This document shows, in pieces, positions 11,981-23,649 of a stretch of 64,000 nucleotides of DNA; positions within the stretch are counted from its first letter, which is position 1, and each line of letters starts with the position of its first letter. Below the pieces are notes generated by a model. That model worked only from the letters and a program-made list of their open reading frames with translations. It did no database searches and was not told the DNA's origin. Both the position numbers and the translations under genes were made by a program. Source of the DNA: Paragordius varius (taxonomy: Eukaryota; Animalia; Nematomorpha); contig OZ176050.1 of assembly GCA_964247055.1 (NCBI GenBank), positions 14,570,001 through 14,634,000 of the forward strand, in the 5' to 3' direction.

Positions 11981-12159
11981 TTGGGATGAAGCTTTTAGCT
12001 TTCATCAAAAGTCTAATTCAGCATAGGGTACGCAAATGTTGCGATTTTAAGCTATGGATTACTACAAAAGTGATTAAAACTTTCTTAAATTACGCATAAA
12101 ATTTTAAACTAAATGTTCTAAGATAAACCTGATAAGATAGTTTTTTTTTAAAGTCTAAC

Positions 12160-13804
12160 ATGAGTGATATTTAGATGGATTAAAGAACCTGTGCCTTGCA
12201 TGTGAAAAATTTAATATTTCATATTTATGGAGGCAATACATAATTTATATAGTAGCCCATAAACATATATTTGACTATTCCACCAATTCCGCTGATTATA
12301 TAGATAAAGAGAGCATATAATATGGAATTGAGCTGGCAAATAAAAGCAAAATTAATTAAAGCGAAAATCTAAGGACACGCTTAGGTGTCCATAAAATTCT
12401 TAGTTTTTGTAATTTGAAATTCGGAAATCAAGAGTATATAATTGGATGTATTGGGTAATCTAAGCGCCTATGATTGCAATCAGAAAAAAATTTATATTAA
12501 GAGGTTAGTTGGATAAGTATTTTTGAAGGCTTTAGGCCTTCTTCTCGAATAGCAACAAGGGATAGATACGTCATCAAGACTATCAGCCAAGGATCGGTAC
12601 GTGAATGAAGGAGTCAAATGAAAGGAGCCTGCTTATTACGAGGTAAGTGTATTATTTAGGTGTATTGGGATCTTTGGGAAAGGCGCACATTTGGGATTAC
12701 AGGGAAGGATAAAATGCGGGGGATTTGGAACTTACCGATTGATGGGAGAGCCACACAGGAAAAGGAAACCATGTAATACGAGGTAAACTTAATGTTTAGG
12801 TTTGGATGGACCTTGGCTCATTGGGACATGGGCATCAGCTGGCACGAAGCATTTGAGAACCTCTACGATACCTAACGAGACGCAGAGATGGAAAATCGTG
12901 CCTGGAGCTGAAACTCTCATTTTGCTTGTGGGGAGTTTTTGGGCCAAATGACTCTCTAGTGGGATAATATTTCCTCCTTTGGTTTGGGGTAAATCAGCTC
13001 TTAGGTCTTTCGATGATTTTTTCAGCCTACAATAATTTCAGAGTTCTCTAAAATCTCCCAAGACAATCGCTCAGCTGTTGTTTCTAACCTTCAATTTTAT
13101 AAACGAAAATTATAGAATACTGAGCTACATCATCTTTGCAGGGTCGGGTGGTGGAGTGCAGTCACCACTTCCTAATAATAAGGATCTTCGTTTTAGAGAC
13201 TGGAACTTCATCCATTGAGCGCGGCTCATCCTACCAACGAAAATGCGACTTAGAACGTCTGAACAAATGTGCCGTCGCTGCGGCAAGTCCAAAGAAACCC
13301 AAGCACACGTTTTAAACCATTGCTCAAAGATGATAATATAATAACCAAAAGACAGAACGTCACAGTAGACCTGATTACAGATAACCTCCCATCAAATTTT
13401 AAGATTTTAGGTGTAAACCAAGCCTTCGATTCGTCGAGACTACGCCCTGACCTTATTGAAACAAATGGCACTGATTGCTTTATCATTGATCCCACAGTGC
13501 CGTTTGAAAACAGGCTAGAATCATTCGAAACGGCTCTAAACAATAAAATAAAGTACAGCTGTATGGCTCAACAATTAGAGGAAACATACAGCAACACCCA
13601 AGTCATCCCAGTTGTTGTAAGGAGCCTCGGCTCGTGGTATTCGAAAAACGATGTTCTTTTTGAGAAGATCAGGTTGCGATGCCCTACCCAACTTAATAAA
13701 TCAATAGTTACAAACACAATAAAATCTTCATCCGACATGTACCACATGTTTATGAGCGGTCAAAATTCCCTCACAGACAACAATTCAACAAATGCATTAT
13801 TTTA

Positions 13805-13842
<38 letters not shown>

Positions 13843-14090
13843 TTATATTTATTTTATTTCTTATATATTTATATATAATAATATTTTCTCTTCCTACCCC
13901 AATGTAACTTCCCCATGACCAATATTGATGCGCAGCTTTTTTCTTCATATATTCTAAATTGTATTTTTATATATATTAATAAATTATATCTGTTTTGAGA
14001 GAGTTTTCCCTACTGAAGGAGGATTAATTTCTCCCATTAGAGTTAGTCGGACCCCTAAGTCCAAAATTTAATTTTGAGCACTCTTACTCC
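12160..14090 (+). repeat. Unclassified ~1 kb dispersed repeat, copy 1, split at ~13000-13988 by a retrotransposon fragment
   Basis: Collinear similarity (roughly 80% by eye) to the reverse complement of 49600-50615, e.g. ccaccaattccgctgatta, ccgattgatgggagagccacacaggaaaagga, ctaagtccaa...ttttgagcactcttactcc. Confidence 0.85.
13000..13988 (+). mobile_element. 5'-truncated, frameshifted Utopia/NeSL-like non-LTR retrotransposon with restriction-like endonuclease
   Basis: QGRVVEC, LRFRDWNFIH*ARL, CCHC knuckle CRRCGKSKETQAHVLNHC (13270-13323), then RPDLI...IIDPTVPFENR...KIKY (REL) in ORF 13269-13805; 3' UTR ends in aataaatta. Confidence 0.85.
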
Positions 14091-14873
14091 TTTTTATGTT
14101 ATAATTGACAAAAATTTAAGACAATCGTGGCCCAGATCTAAAATAAAAATTTAAAAAATACAGTTTTACTTTTTATAATTAATTTGACTATTTTTTGAAT
14201 ATAAGTATTACTCTCATTTTACTTAGCAAAATGTGCCCAATTTTTTCATTTTCTGATATGTAGCAGTTACCAATAAGCTCTAAAACCAAAAGCACGAAGG
14301 AATTCTGCAATAAATATATATACATATATATATTTATATTATCAGGATAATATTTTTTGTGTGCAAAATGTGTAGTCGTGATACTTTTGAAAAATTAACT
14401 TAATTCTAGTATAATTTTTTGTTTGAACTTACAAAAAGAGTTAAAAACAATGTTTAACACTGTCTGTAATACAAATAGGTTAAAGTTTGTTGTACAAAAT
14501 AATTAACAGTAAACATATTTTGAGATATTTGTGTTTTTTTAATAATATAAATCTAACTAACTAACTAACTAATTGAGAATTTTAATTACAATGTAATAGG
14601 AAAAAAGGGGAAAAATTTGAAACAACATCCGATGTTTAACATAACTCGGGTTTGGTTAAAGTACATTACCGTACTTTATTGAAGAAAAAAAATGTATAAA
14701 CAACTAAATTTAAGGTGTGTATTATAATGTGTTATTAAAGCGATATTTTTATTATTTGTTTTGATTTTATAGGTTAAGCTACTCAAAATAATTTTGTATT
14801 TATATAAGAGGTGGTTAGTTATTTCCTTTAATTGTTTAAAAAATTATTGTCTTAAATTTATATGTCCCTGAAA

Positions 14874-15340
14874 ATGCCAATTTATTTTTGTCTATCCTTA
14901 ATATTGGTTATCCTTTTTAAATTTTCTGGAGGTTCTACACATGAAACCCCAAAGGAGTTTTTAGCTAATTTTGTAAGAGAGAACCAAAATTTGGAGCATT
15001 TTTTTTGGACGGTACTTGGGTAACACCTTATTATATATATATATATATATATATAAACTATACAAAATAGGAATTTATATTTTAACTCCATTAACATTTG
15101 ATTGTACCATATTGGTATGAACTAGACGCTTTTCTATAAGTTCTACAGTTTTAGAATTTCTTTTCATGCCTCCTGATATGATAAAATAAATAGTTTCATT
15201 TGCCGACTATGTTTGAATAAAATGTAATAAAATAATAATTATCAATGGCCATATATTTTTAAAATGCGGCCTGTGCGAAGCCATTTGCACTGGATGGGCT
15301 GACACAGAATTATTATTAAAATCGGAATCATGGAGACATA
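14874..15340 (+). pseudogene. Possible degraded secreted-protein gene (MPIYFCLSLILVILFKFSGGSTHETPKEFLANFVRENQNLEHFFWTVL...)
   Basis: ATG at 14874 with a signal-peptide-like N-terminus. After a (TA)n tract, one frame stays coding-like with three stops. No family recognised. Confidence 0.3.
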
Positions 15341-15509
15341 CAAATATTTTTTAAGGTATATATTTTTTAAGGTATATATTTTTTAATTTTGATTTAAATA
15401 TAAATTTTGAATTGCTAAACGGGGATTAGAGATGTAAATTGATGCGCTCAATTAAAATTGCAATTGTACCTATATAATTTTTGTAATATTTGTCGTTAAA
15501 GTTCTTATA

Positions 15510-16023
15510 GTTGGTCCTTGAACACTTCAAGTTGGTCCTTGAACATTTCAAGTTGGTTGTTTGACTTTTATGTTTCGTTTTTAACTTTTATCAATCAAAT
15601 CGTATATCATTCATCTATTTTATCGTTCTTAAGCAACATAAATTTTAAATCAATATCACTTTTTAATCATTGAGAAACCGTATATCTTTATTAATTTCTT
15701 AAAATTATTTTGGATATTTAAAATTAAAAAATATATAAGTTTTCTGGGATATGATCTATTTTCCATTGAAAACATTTAAAAGTTTAAAATTTTGTTAAAT
15801 TGGAAAAAAATTGTATGAAACAAAAAAATGGTTTTTGAATAAATTTTTTTTATTTTTAGATGAAAAAATATATAATAAATAAAGAAAATTAGGTTAAAAA
15901 ATAATAAAATAAAGAAAACTTCAAAAAATCATGGTTAAATCAAAATTTAAAAATTTTAAGGACCAACTTGAAATGTATAAGGATCAACAAGTGTTCAAGG
16001 ACACTCTTGTAGTGCAAATGGTA
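15510..16023. mobile_element. MITE-like element with GTTGGTCCTTGAAC subterminal repeats; right end resembles family A
   Basis: gttggtccttgaacacttcaagttggtcctt is inverted relative to aaggaccaacttgaaatg...gtgttcaaggac; ends in aaatggta. Confidence 0.55.
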
Positions 16024-18390
16024 TACACCTATGTGTATGATGGTGCCTTGAAAACATCAAAAAATTGAGGTTAATGCGTAAAAAAAAGTTTGCAATAAAC
16101 AGGTGTTTTTAGAATAACTTATCTTGAAAATTCAAAACGCATAGAGTTTTACCATATATTTGTAACAACACTTGATAAAACATATTTATTACTGTTTTTG
16201 ATAGGTATAACTAGTGACTCCGGGCATGTAAAAAATCATTTTCTAAAAATAAGATAATAAACTAACTTTGCATCCATATATATTCATCCAAACTTAATTT
16301 TACAGTGAAAATAGGACGGATAGAATGTAAAAATATTTATTTCAATATAACTCATTGTTTTAAGTAGCAAAGTGTGAAATAGAGTTATAAATTACCACAA
16401 CACAATCAATATATTTTGCAATTATAACTTAATATAAAAAAATTAAAGGTTTATAAAAGTATGGTTGTATTTTAGATAAAAATATTTGTATTTATATTTT
16501 TATGATTTGTCCGTATAGTTTCAAATTTTACTGTATACTTATTTTATGGATACCGAAAGGTAAATAATCAAATGTAAAAATAAATCATGTTGATGTAGAG
16601 ATTAAATGTGATTTTATAGAATTAACATAAATTTTAGCGTTAGAATTTAAAATACAGGTTATTTTGCGAAAATGTTGTAACAAATGGCGTCGACGTAGTT
16701 TGATATAAAATTTATTTTAAAAATGATCTTTGTTTCAAAATTTTAACGGATTTATAATCTATGTATTATGAAGCATTTAAATTTAAGTCGCCTCTTTAAT
16801 ACCTCGTTAATAAAATTAATTTAAATATGGTAACAGTTACTTGAAATCAAAATATTGATATAAAAAGATTAAAAAGAAAAAAAAACTTTAAATAAAGTTT
16901 ATTTAAGACCATATGTATTTTCAAATATTTACATGTTAATATCTAAAATTATTCAAAATTTAAATTTTTTTAAGTTATTGATATTATTAATATTTTAAAG
17001 TTTTTTTGGTTTTAACAAACGTATAATAAAATATTTAAGCGTTGTGCACTTTTGTTAAATATTGTTTTAATCAAAATATTTTGGATTTTTTTCATTTATC
17101 TTTTGATGGTTGACCCCATATTTTGGGTATCAAATACAAGGTAACTTTAAAATAAATTTATATTTTTTTATATTGTTAAACTAGCTTAGATCGATACATT
17201 GACTTTGAAATTCCATGTACTTCTGTTATCGAAGTGGACTTTACTCATTTAAATGAAACCATAAAAAATATGTATGTCATTTTGTATTTGTCACTCAAGA
17301 TCAAGGAAAATATAACGTCTATCAAAAATGAATTAGGTAAAAAAAGTTAATAAATTTACTTGTTTATCATTGTTAAACTTAATTTCTTGGCATATCATTA
17401 AAGCGCCATTCGTATAAATAATATTATGGTTATATGTAGACACTATAGAAATGTAAAAACTGATGCACACATTATGGATTATATGAATATCTTTTTACTA
17501 TGTCTTTTACTTTCTCCACTGCTCATAGATAAATTTTAAATACATTAAAAGGATCCCAAAACCTGCTTACAAATACTATAAAATAAGAATTTTTTAAATA
17601 TATTTATATTTTGACAGAAAAATGTATCAGGGTTATTATACTGCGTTTGGTTTTGGGCTATACGAATGGTTAATTTTATTTCTATAATAGCAAAATTTGG
17701 ACACATTAAGCTGAAAATAAAATAATGCTTTATTGGAAGGGATAATAACACTTTTATAATTGGATACGTTGAACAGTTTCTCAGATTAATTTTAAATTTT
17801 GTTTTCTCTCAAATTTTGGCGCTGAATATTTAAATCCAAATTTTAAGGTGAGGATTTAAATGGATAGCATTATTAATTAAAAAAAGTATTTGAATTTGAT
17901 AAACGTTTTTTACACCGTTTTGTAATCGTACCCTAAAATAATATAAAGTATGCTCCAACAAAATTTTAAAATTATATTTAAAAAAGTTTTGCTGTTAAAA
18001 TATTTTATTTGATTCAAATTATAATAATGCGTTCAACAAAGATTATTAGATGTGTACGATTCGCCGTATGATATAAAGCGAATACAACAAAAGTGAAAAT
18101 TATAAATCACTTGCACTCATAACTAAAAGCACAGGAATTCTGATATTTTTTAAACAGAATATACATGCTTTTCTTAAAATTTGTGCACTGTTTTTCTATA
18201 TGCATATTGACTACAGTTTTATTTATCAAAGATTTAAAAACAAACACAAGAATATTTTTAAGAGACACAATATTTTTACATTTAGGGATTTAGGATTATA
18301 AATGTAAATTGGCAACAATCTTAATTTTATATATTTAAACATATAAAATTAGTAGAAACTAACCTTATAAACCTATGAGTGCCTTTAAAA

Positions 18391-18880
18391 CTTCGATTCA
18401 AATTGGGGTATCTAAATACCCCAGACTAAATTAAAGTTAAAATTGTTAAAAAACTACTGAAGGAAACGATCTCAATTTTAATTTATGCTTCTATCCTGAT
18501 AAATATTGTATAAACATGCCAACATATCTTGATAAAATTTTGTTTTGAAAAAAAACTTCCATCTCAAACTACTTCGACGCCATTTTTATTTTACAAAAAT
18601 TTTGCAAAATATCGTCTTCATTAAATTTTAAGGGTAAAACTAAAGCTTATTTTTTATATATATAACATTTAACATTGATAAAAATAGAAAAAGCGGTTTA
18701 TTTATGTATTATTTTTTAATTTTACAAGTTGACACATGTCACGTTGACTAAATTTTTACCTCTCAGTTTTTGCTCAAAATAAGTAATATCAAGTATTTTT
18801 GAATAAAATTTTTTATATATTTCGGTTTATTAATGTTATATAAGTGTTGGGGTATCCAACTACCCCAATTTGAATCGAAG
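18391..18880. mobile_element. MITE with a perfect 20-bp inverted repeat
   Basis: cttcgattcaaattggggta (18391-18410) and taccccaatttgaatcgaag (18861-18880). An internal segment recurs inverted near 16660-16750. TSD unclear. Confidence 0.7.
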
Positions 18881-18943
18881 GACTAAAATGAGTGTGTTGC
18901 ATCCAAGTGATAAAATAAACTAAAAAGTCTGTTTTATAAAAAT

Positions 18944-21074
18944 ATGTTTACCTTTACTTTTTATTTTGCAATATTTTTGATAATTTCCAAAAACCTTTTA
19001 GATACAATATCGGGCCAAAGTACTTTGAAAGATATAGTAAATCAATCTTACAACGAAATCGATCCTTGCGTGAAAATCGATCGTGCATGCAAAAATGTAA
19101 ATCAACTTGATTTCGAGCAACAGACACGAACACTCTCACATGAAAAGCGTTTAAAATGGCAATATATAGTAGTATATTGTTCCGCTATCCAAGCCATAAA
19201 AGATAATATGGGCGGTAACTTATTCAATTATTTACAAAAGTTTAAGCTTAAAAGGAACAAAACAATTTTCCAATGGTCTCCTTACATTTTTATGGCAACG
19301 GTCCGTTGAAAGATAATTTTAACAAATTTGGTTTTCGTTTATACTATAGCTCTGCTTTCCTATGAATTAGCCGATTAGGGTCATCTCTAATTAGCTCCTG
19401 AATGAGTCGGTTGCGGTATTAAAAATCATCTATAACAAAATTTATATGGAATATAATAAATAACGACCGAATCCCAAATATCTATTATACGAAGTCAACT
19501 AAAAAAACATGCATTCTATGGTCGTCAATGGATTAAAATAATTTCGAAAAATTCCGTTTATTTTTCAACAGCTGTCAACTGATAAAAATTAAAAAATGTC
19601 TACATTTTTTATTATTGTAAAAAATACATAAGATATTGTAACAACTTTTAAAATTATATTTAAACTGCTCTAAGTATGAATGGGAGGGAGTCAAATTTGA
19701 AGTTGCATATTATTTATTTCTCATGTGTATGTAATGTGATGTAATATATTTTTTATTTTGTAGGTAATAAAAGGAGAAGATTAGCCGAACAAGTTGATCC
19801 AAAATGGGATTATTTTAATAGAACTATTTTGCCTTCCCTAACACGGAGTTTAAACCAATATGTTCCGTTAGCTTGTAATGAGACTGCTCATAGACTATGT
19901 AATCGTACTTCAAGTACCTCAACACATTCCAGGAACAATCGAATATCCCAAAGGATAGAAAATTTTATAGGTTTATTAATTTATTTAACTTTTTATTTAT
20001 TATATATATACCATTTACACTTCAAACTTACCCTCGAACAATTCAAATTCACCCTTGAATTTTTGATTAATATATATTTTTCGATATTTTTTAAAAATAA
20101 AATATAAAAATTTAATACTGAAAAGATAATAAATTAGCCAGATATACTTCATATTAATGAGTTGATTAAGCCTAAACACATAATTCATTTTTAGAGTGAG
20201 TTTGAAGTATTTAAGGGTGAATTAAATGATATATATAATAATATAGTGTCGTCCACATATTTTTTTTAAATATTGCTAAATATTTTTTTAAATAGTAATA
20301 TTTATACAGTAGAAATTGAAATTATACGGACAAAAATATAAAGACAAATATATTTTTCTTAAAGATAATCATATTTTATGAATCTTGAATTTTTTAAATA
20401 TAAATAACTGATTGTTTCAAATTGCAAATTATAAAATAGAAATGTAAATTGGTAGCACAATCAATGAGGTAGTGATGTAAACTAATGTTTTTTATAAGAT
20501 AATTTAAGATTTTCTAAAAGTATGGTTGTCTTTTGGAATAAAAATATTTCATTATATTTTTACATTTGGTCCGTATAATTTCAGTTTTTACTGCATTTAA
20601 TATATTACTTTAGCTGGTGCCTTCCAATTTTCCCAGTTATATTTGCCACAAAAAATGTATAGCCGTTGCATAAACCAGTATTACCGTAAACCCTATAACT
20701 TTTCCGATTACTTGGCAAAAATATTTACCAGAAACTTTACCATAATAGAAGGAACACCTAATCGTTTATCAACCAATCAAGAGATACATGCCTTAAGAAC
20801 CGATTTAATTCGCATAAATAAATTTTTAATGCATAATTTGGGCATAAACGTATTATACAAAGAACAATTTCAAACGTATAATAATAAAATCATTGGAGTC
20901 TTGATTACACCTGCCGTGTCTTTTGTAGCTGGATCTGAGATTATAATTAAACAGTATTTGAATAATTTGACTAAAATGGCAATAAATACCACCAATGATG
21001 TACAACGGAACAAATTAGTGTTACAACTTTTGGAGCTTAGCACGAAAATAAATGCGGTGATTATACATTATTGA
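18944..21074 (+). CDS. Predicted 312-aa orphan secreted glycoprotein, exons 18944-19214, 19764-19970, 20614-21074
   Basis: Three ORF segments join in frame through GT-AG sites (g|gtaact, gtag|gt, g|gtttat, ttag|ct; both introns phase 1), total 939 nt. Hydrophobic N-terminus; two MITEs fall in predicted intron 2. Confidence 0.6.
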
Positions 21075-21329
21075 TAAAATCCACTTTCATTATATCCTAT
21101 GTTTTATATTTGATTATAAAATATATAAATATATATATTTATATATATATACATATTCATATAGCTTAAACCTAATGTCAAATATATCGGAAACCATTAC
21201 CCGTATGATCAATTCAACAATTTGATGGTTCAAGTATGTGTTTTAAAGCTAATATTATATATATTTTCTGGTCAAACTACCATTTTAACCTAATAATAAA
21301 AAAGCCTATAAATATAACAGTTTATTTAA

Positions 21330-21367
<38 letters not shown>

Positions 21368-22799
21368 TTATTTATATATTAATGGTTTCTTATCGAAAGA
21401 CGATAAAAATATATCATTCTTGTATTGGTTTAAAAGTGGTCCCAATCGGTGTCAATGCATATTTAATAATCATTGGCAATTTGCTACTGTTTATGTATAT
21501 TGCAAAATACTAATTTTCTAAATAAAAATGCTGAAATTGTTATGGCCAATATTAATGTGGTTTCTTAAATATCTGGTATAGAACTGAAATTTGGTGAAAA
21601 CTCTACTGAAAGGTTATAAAATATAGGATATATTTTTTACGCTTTCATAATAATATTTGAAATTTTTGTTAATTTTTTCTTCCCCATTTTTATGAATTAG
21701 GAAGCACGGCCCTTTTTCACACATCTCCAAAACTTTACCATTTATGCAGACTACCGATTTATACAAAATATTTCAGCTTTTTTGAATACCTCCTCACTAA
21801 TGCAACTCAGGTATTATCCATTATTACTATACTAATATCATTTGATAAATTTTTAACATTATGGCTGTAACAAACAAAAAATCCGTTAGAGATTTGTTTG
21901 ATAGAATAAATAGGAGAAAAGCGCATTATTACTATTTTATTATAACATTGTATTGCTATTACAATGTAGATTGTTGTACATATACATGAAGGTCGCTGCT
22001 ATACACAAATTTATGCCGTACATTAACACACAGGGAAAAGCCAATTATGACAAATATCAAGGGCACATTAGTTCAACATATTTGCCCCTGTCAGCTATGA
22101 AATTTTGTTCGCGTACTATAGAGAACATGTATAAACCTTTGTTAGTATCGGCATATATGCAACGTCACTTGAGTTTTCAGGAATACGATGAAGTAAAAAC
22201 GCATAAATAATTGGCAAATTTTTATATGGATGCTTATATTTACATAATAATTTTAGTTGAAAAATATGCTCAATTCGAGTTGGCAAGTCGTCCTTAGAAC
22301 GCTATTTGGGCCATTTATCCAGCAAAGCCATAATTTCGAAAGAAATCAGCGGCACACAATGACTTATAATATACACTATGGCTTACCGGACAGCTTGAAA
22401 GGACCATACAGCTATCCAGTATGTATAACGCAATACGTTTTATTCAATATATATATTATATACATAATGCACAGTGTGCACTATGTAGGCCAATATTCGC
22501 TTTAGTGGCATATGGATAAAACTGCTACAACATAATATATTGTTACATAATAAGGATATAATCATTATATCATATGCTAAATTATTATAGATTGGCCAAC
22601 AGTATGAGAATCGGCCAACTTAAAAGTGCATACTGTATGTTTATAATTGTAGCATTAAGTTTTCTAATGATAAGTCAAAAAATCAACGGTTTTTTTAATC
22701 ACAGTGAAATTATATTTCCGCCCTGCGCAAATTTTACTTTTCGATATGGACAATAACCAAAAGATCCTTAAATTTCCTATATAACTTCTTAGATCCAAA

Positions 22800-22843
<44 letters not shown>

Positions 22844-23649
22844 GTGTGTAAAAAAGAGGGTTAATTCTTTTTACAAAATTTTTTTTCATGAGAGAGCTTA
22901 TGACCAGCGAATTGCCGAAAAAATTTTATTTGTTGACGACCTTGTTTTTAAAATATTGAAAGAAAATCGAAATCGTGCAAAAAGTAATTAAGGTTAATCA
23001 AAAATAATGATAAAAAGATATATAGTTTTATTATCATTTTATTATGGAAATCCTATCAAGTTAGGGTTTCTATAAAATACTGGTCAAAAGATGACGTTTT
23101 TCTTTTAACACACTTAAAAGGCACATTTTTTTTGAAACTATATGTAAATAATTTTTTTTAATTATTTACTAGCTAAACTCATTATTATAATTTTACATTC
23201 ATATTTTATTAAGTAAAAAGTTAATATCAAAATTTTTTCATGCATGAAACCATGTGATTGAAAGCGGGAGGATATTCAAGGATAGTATTATTTTATTATA
23301 TACTATAAATATATTTAAAAAATAGGTTTCCTTTTAGTAATTATTAATCTTTTTCTTTGTTTTGTAGAGTTTTTATTTTATTTGTATGCTAAGTATGTAA
23401 TTTAAAGAGTAACATAATTCTTAAGTCATCAAAAATCATTGTTATACAGATCTCTCTCTTTTTTTTTTCTCTACTCCTTGGTGCCTAATTATTTTATTCT
23501 TACTAGCCTAGCCACAATTTCTTTATATTTTTCCTTTATGATTGCCAGACAGCGCAAAATATCAATATTTATAATTTATCCAAATTAACAACATTTATAA
23601 AGATTACTCTTTAATTTTAATTATTCTAGATATTTATTTTTTGTAAAGA

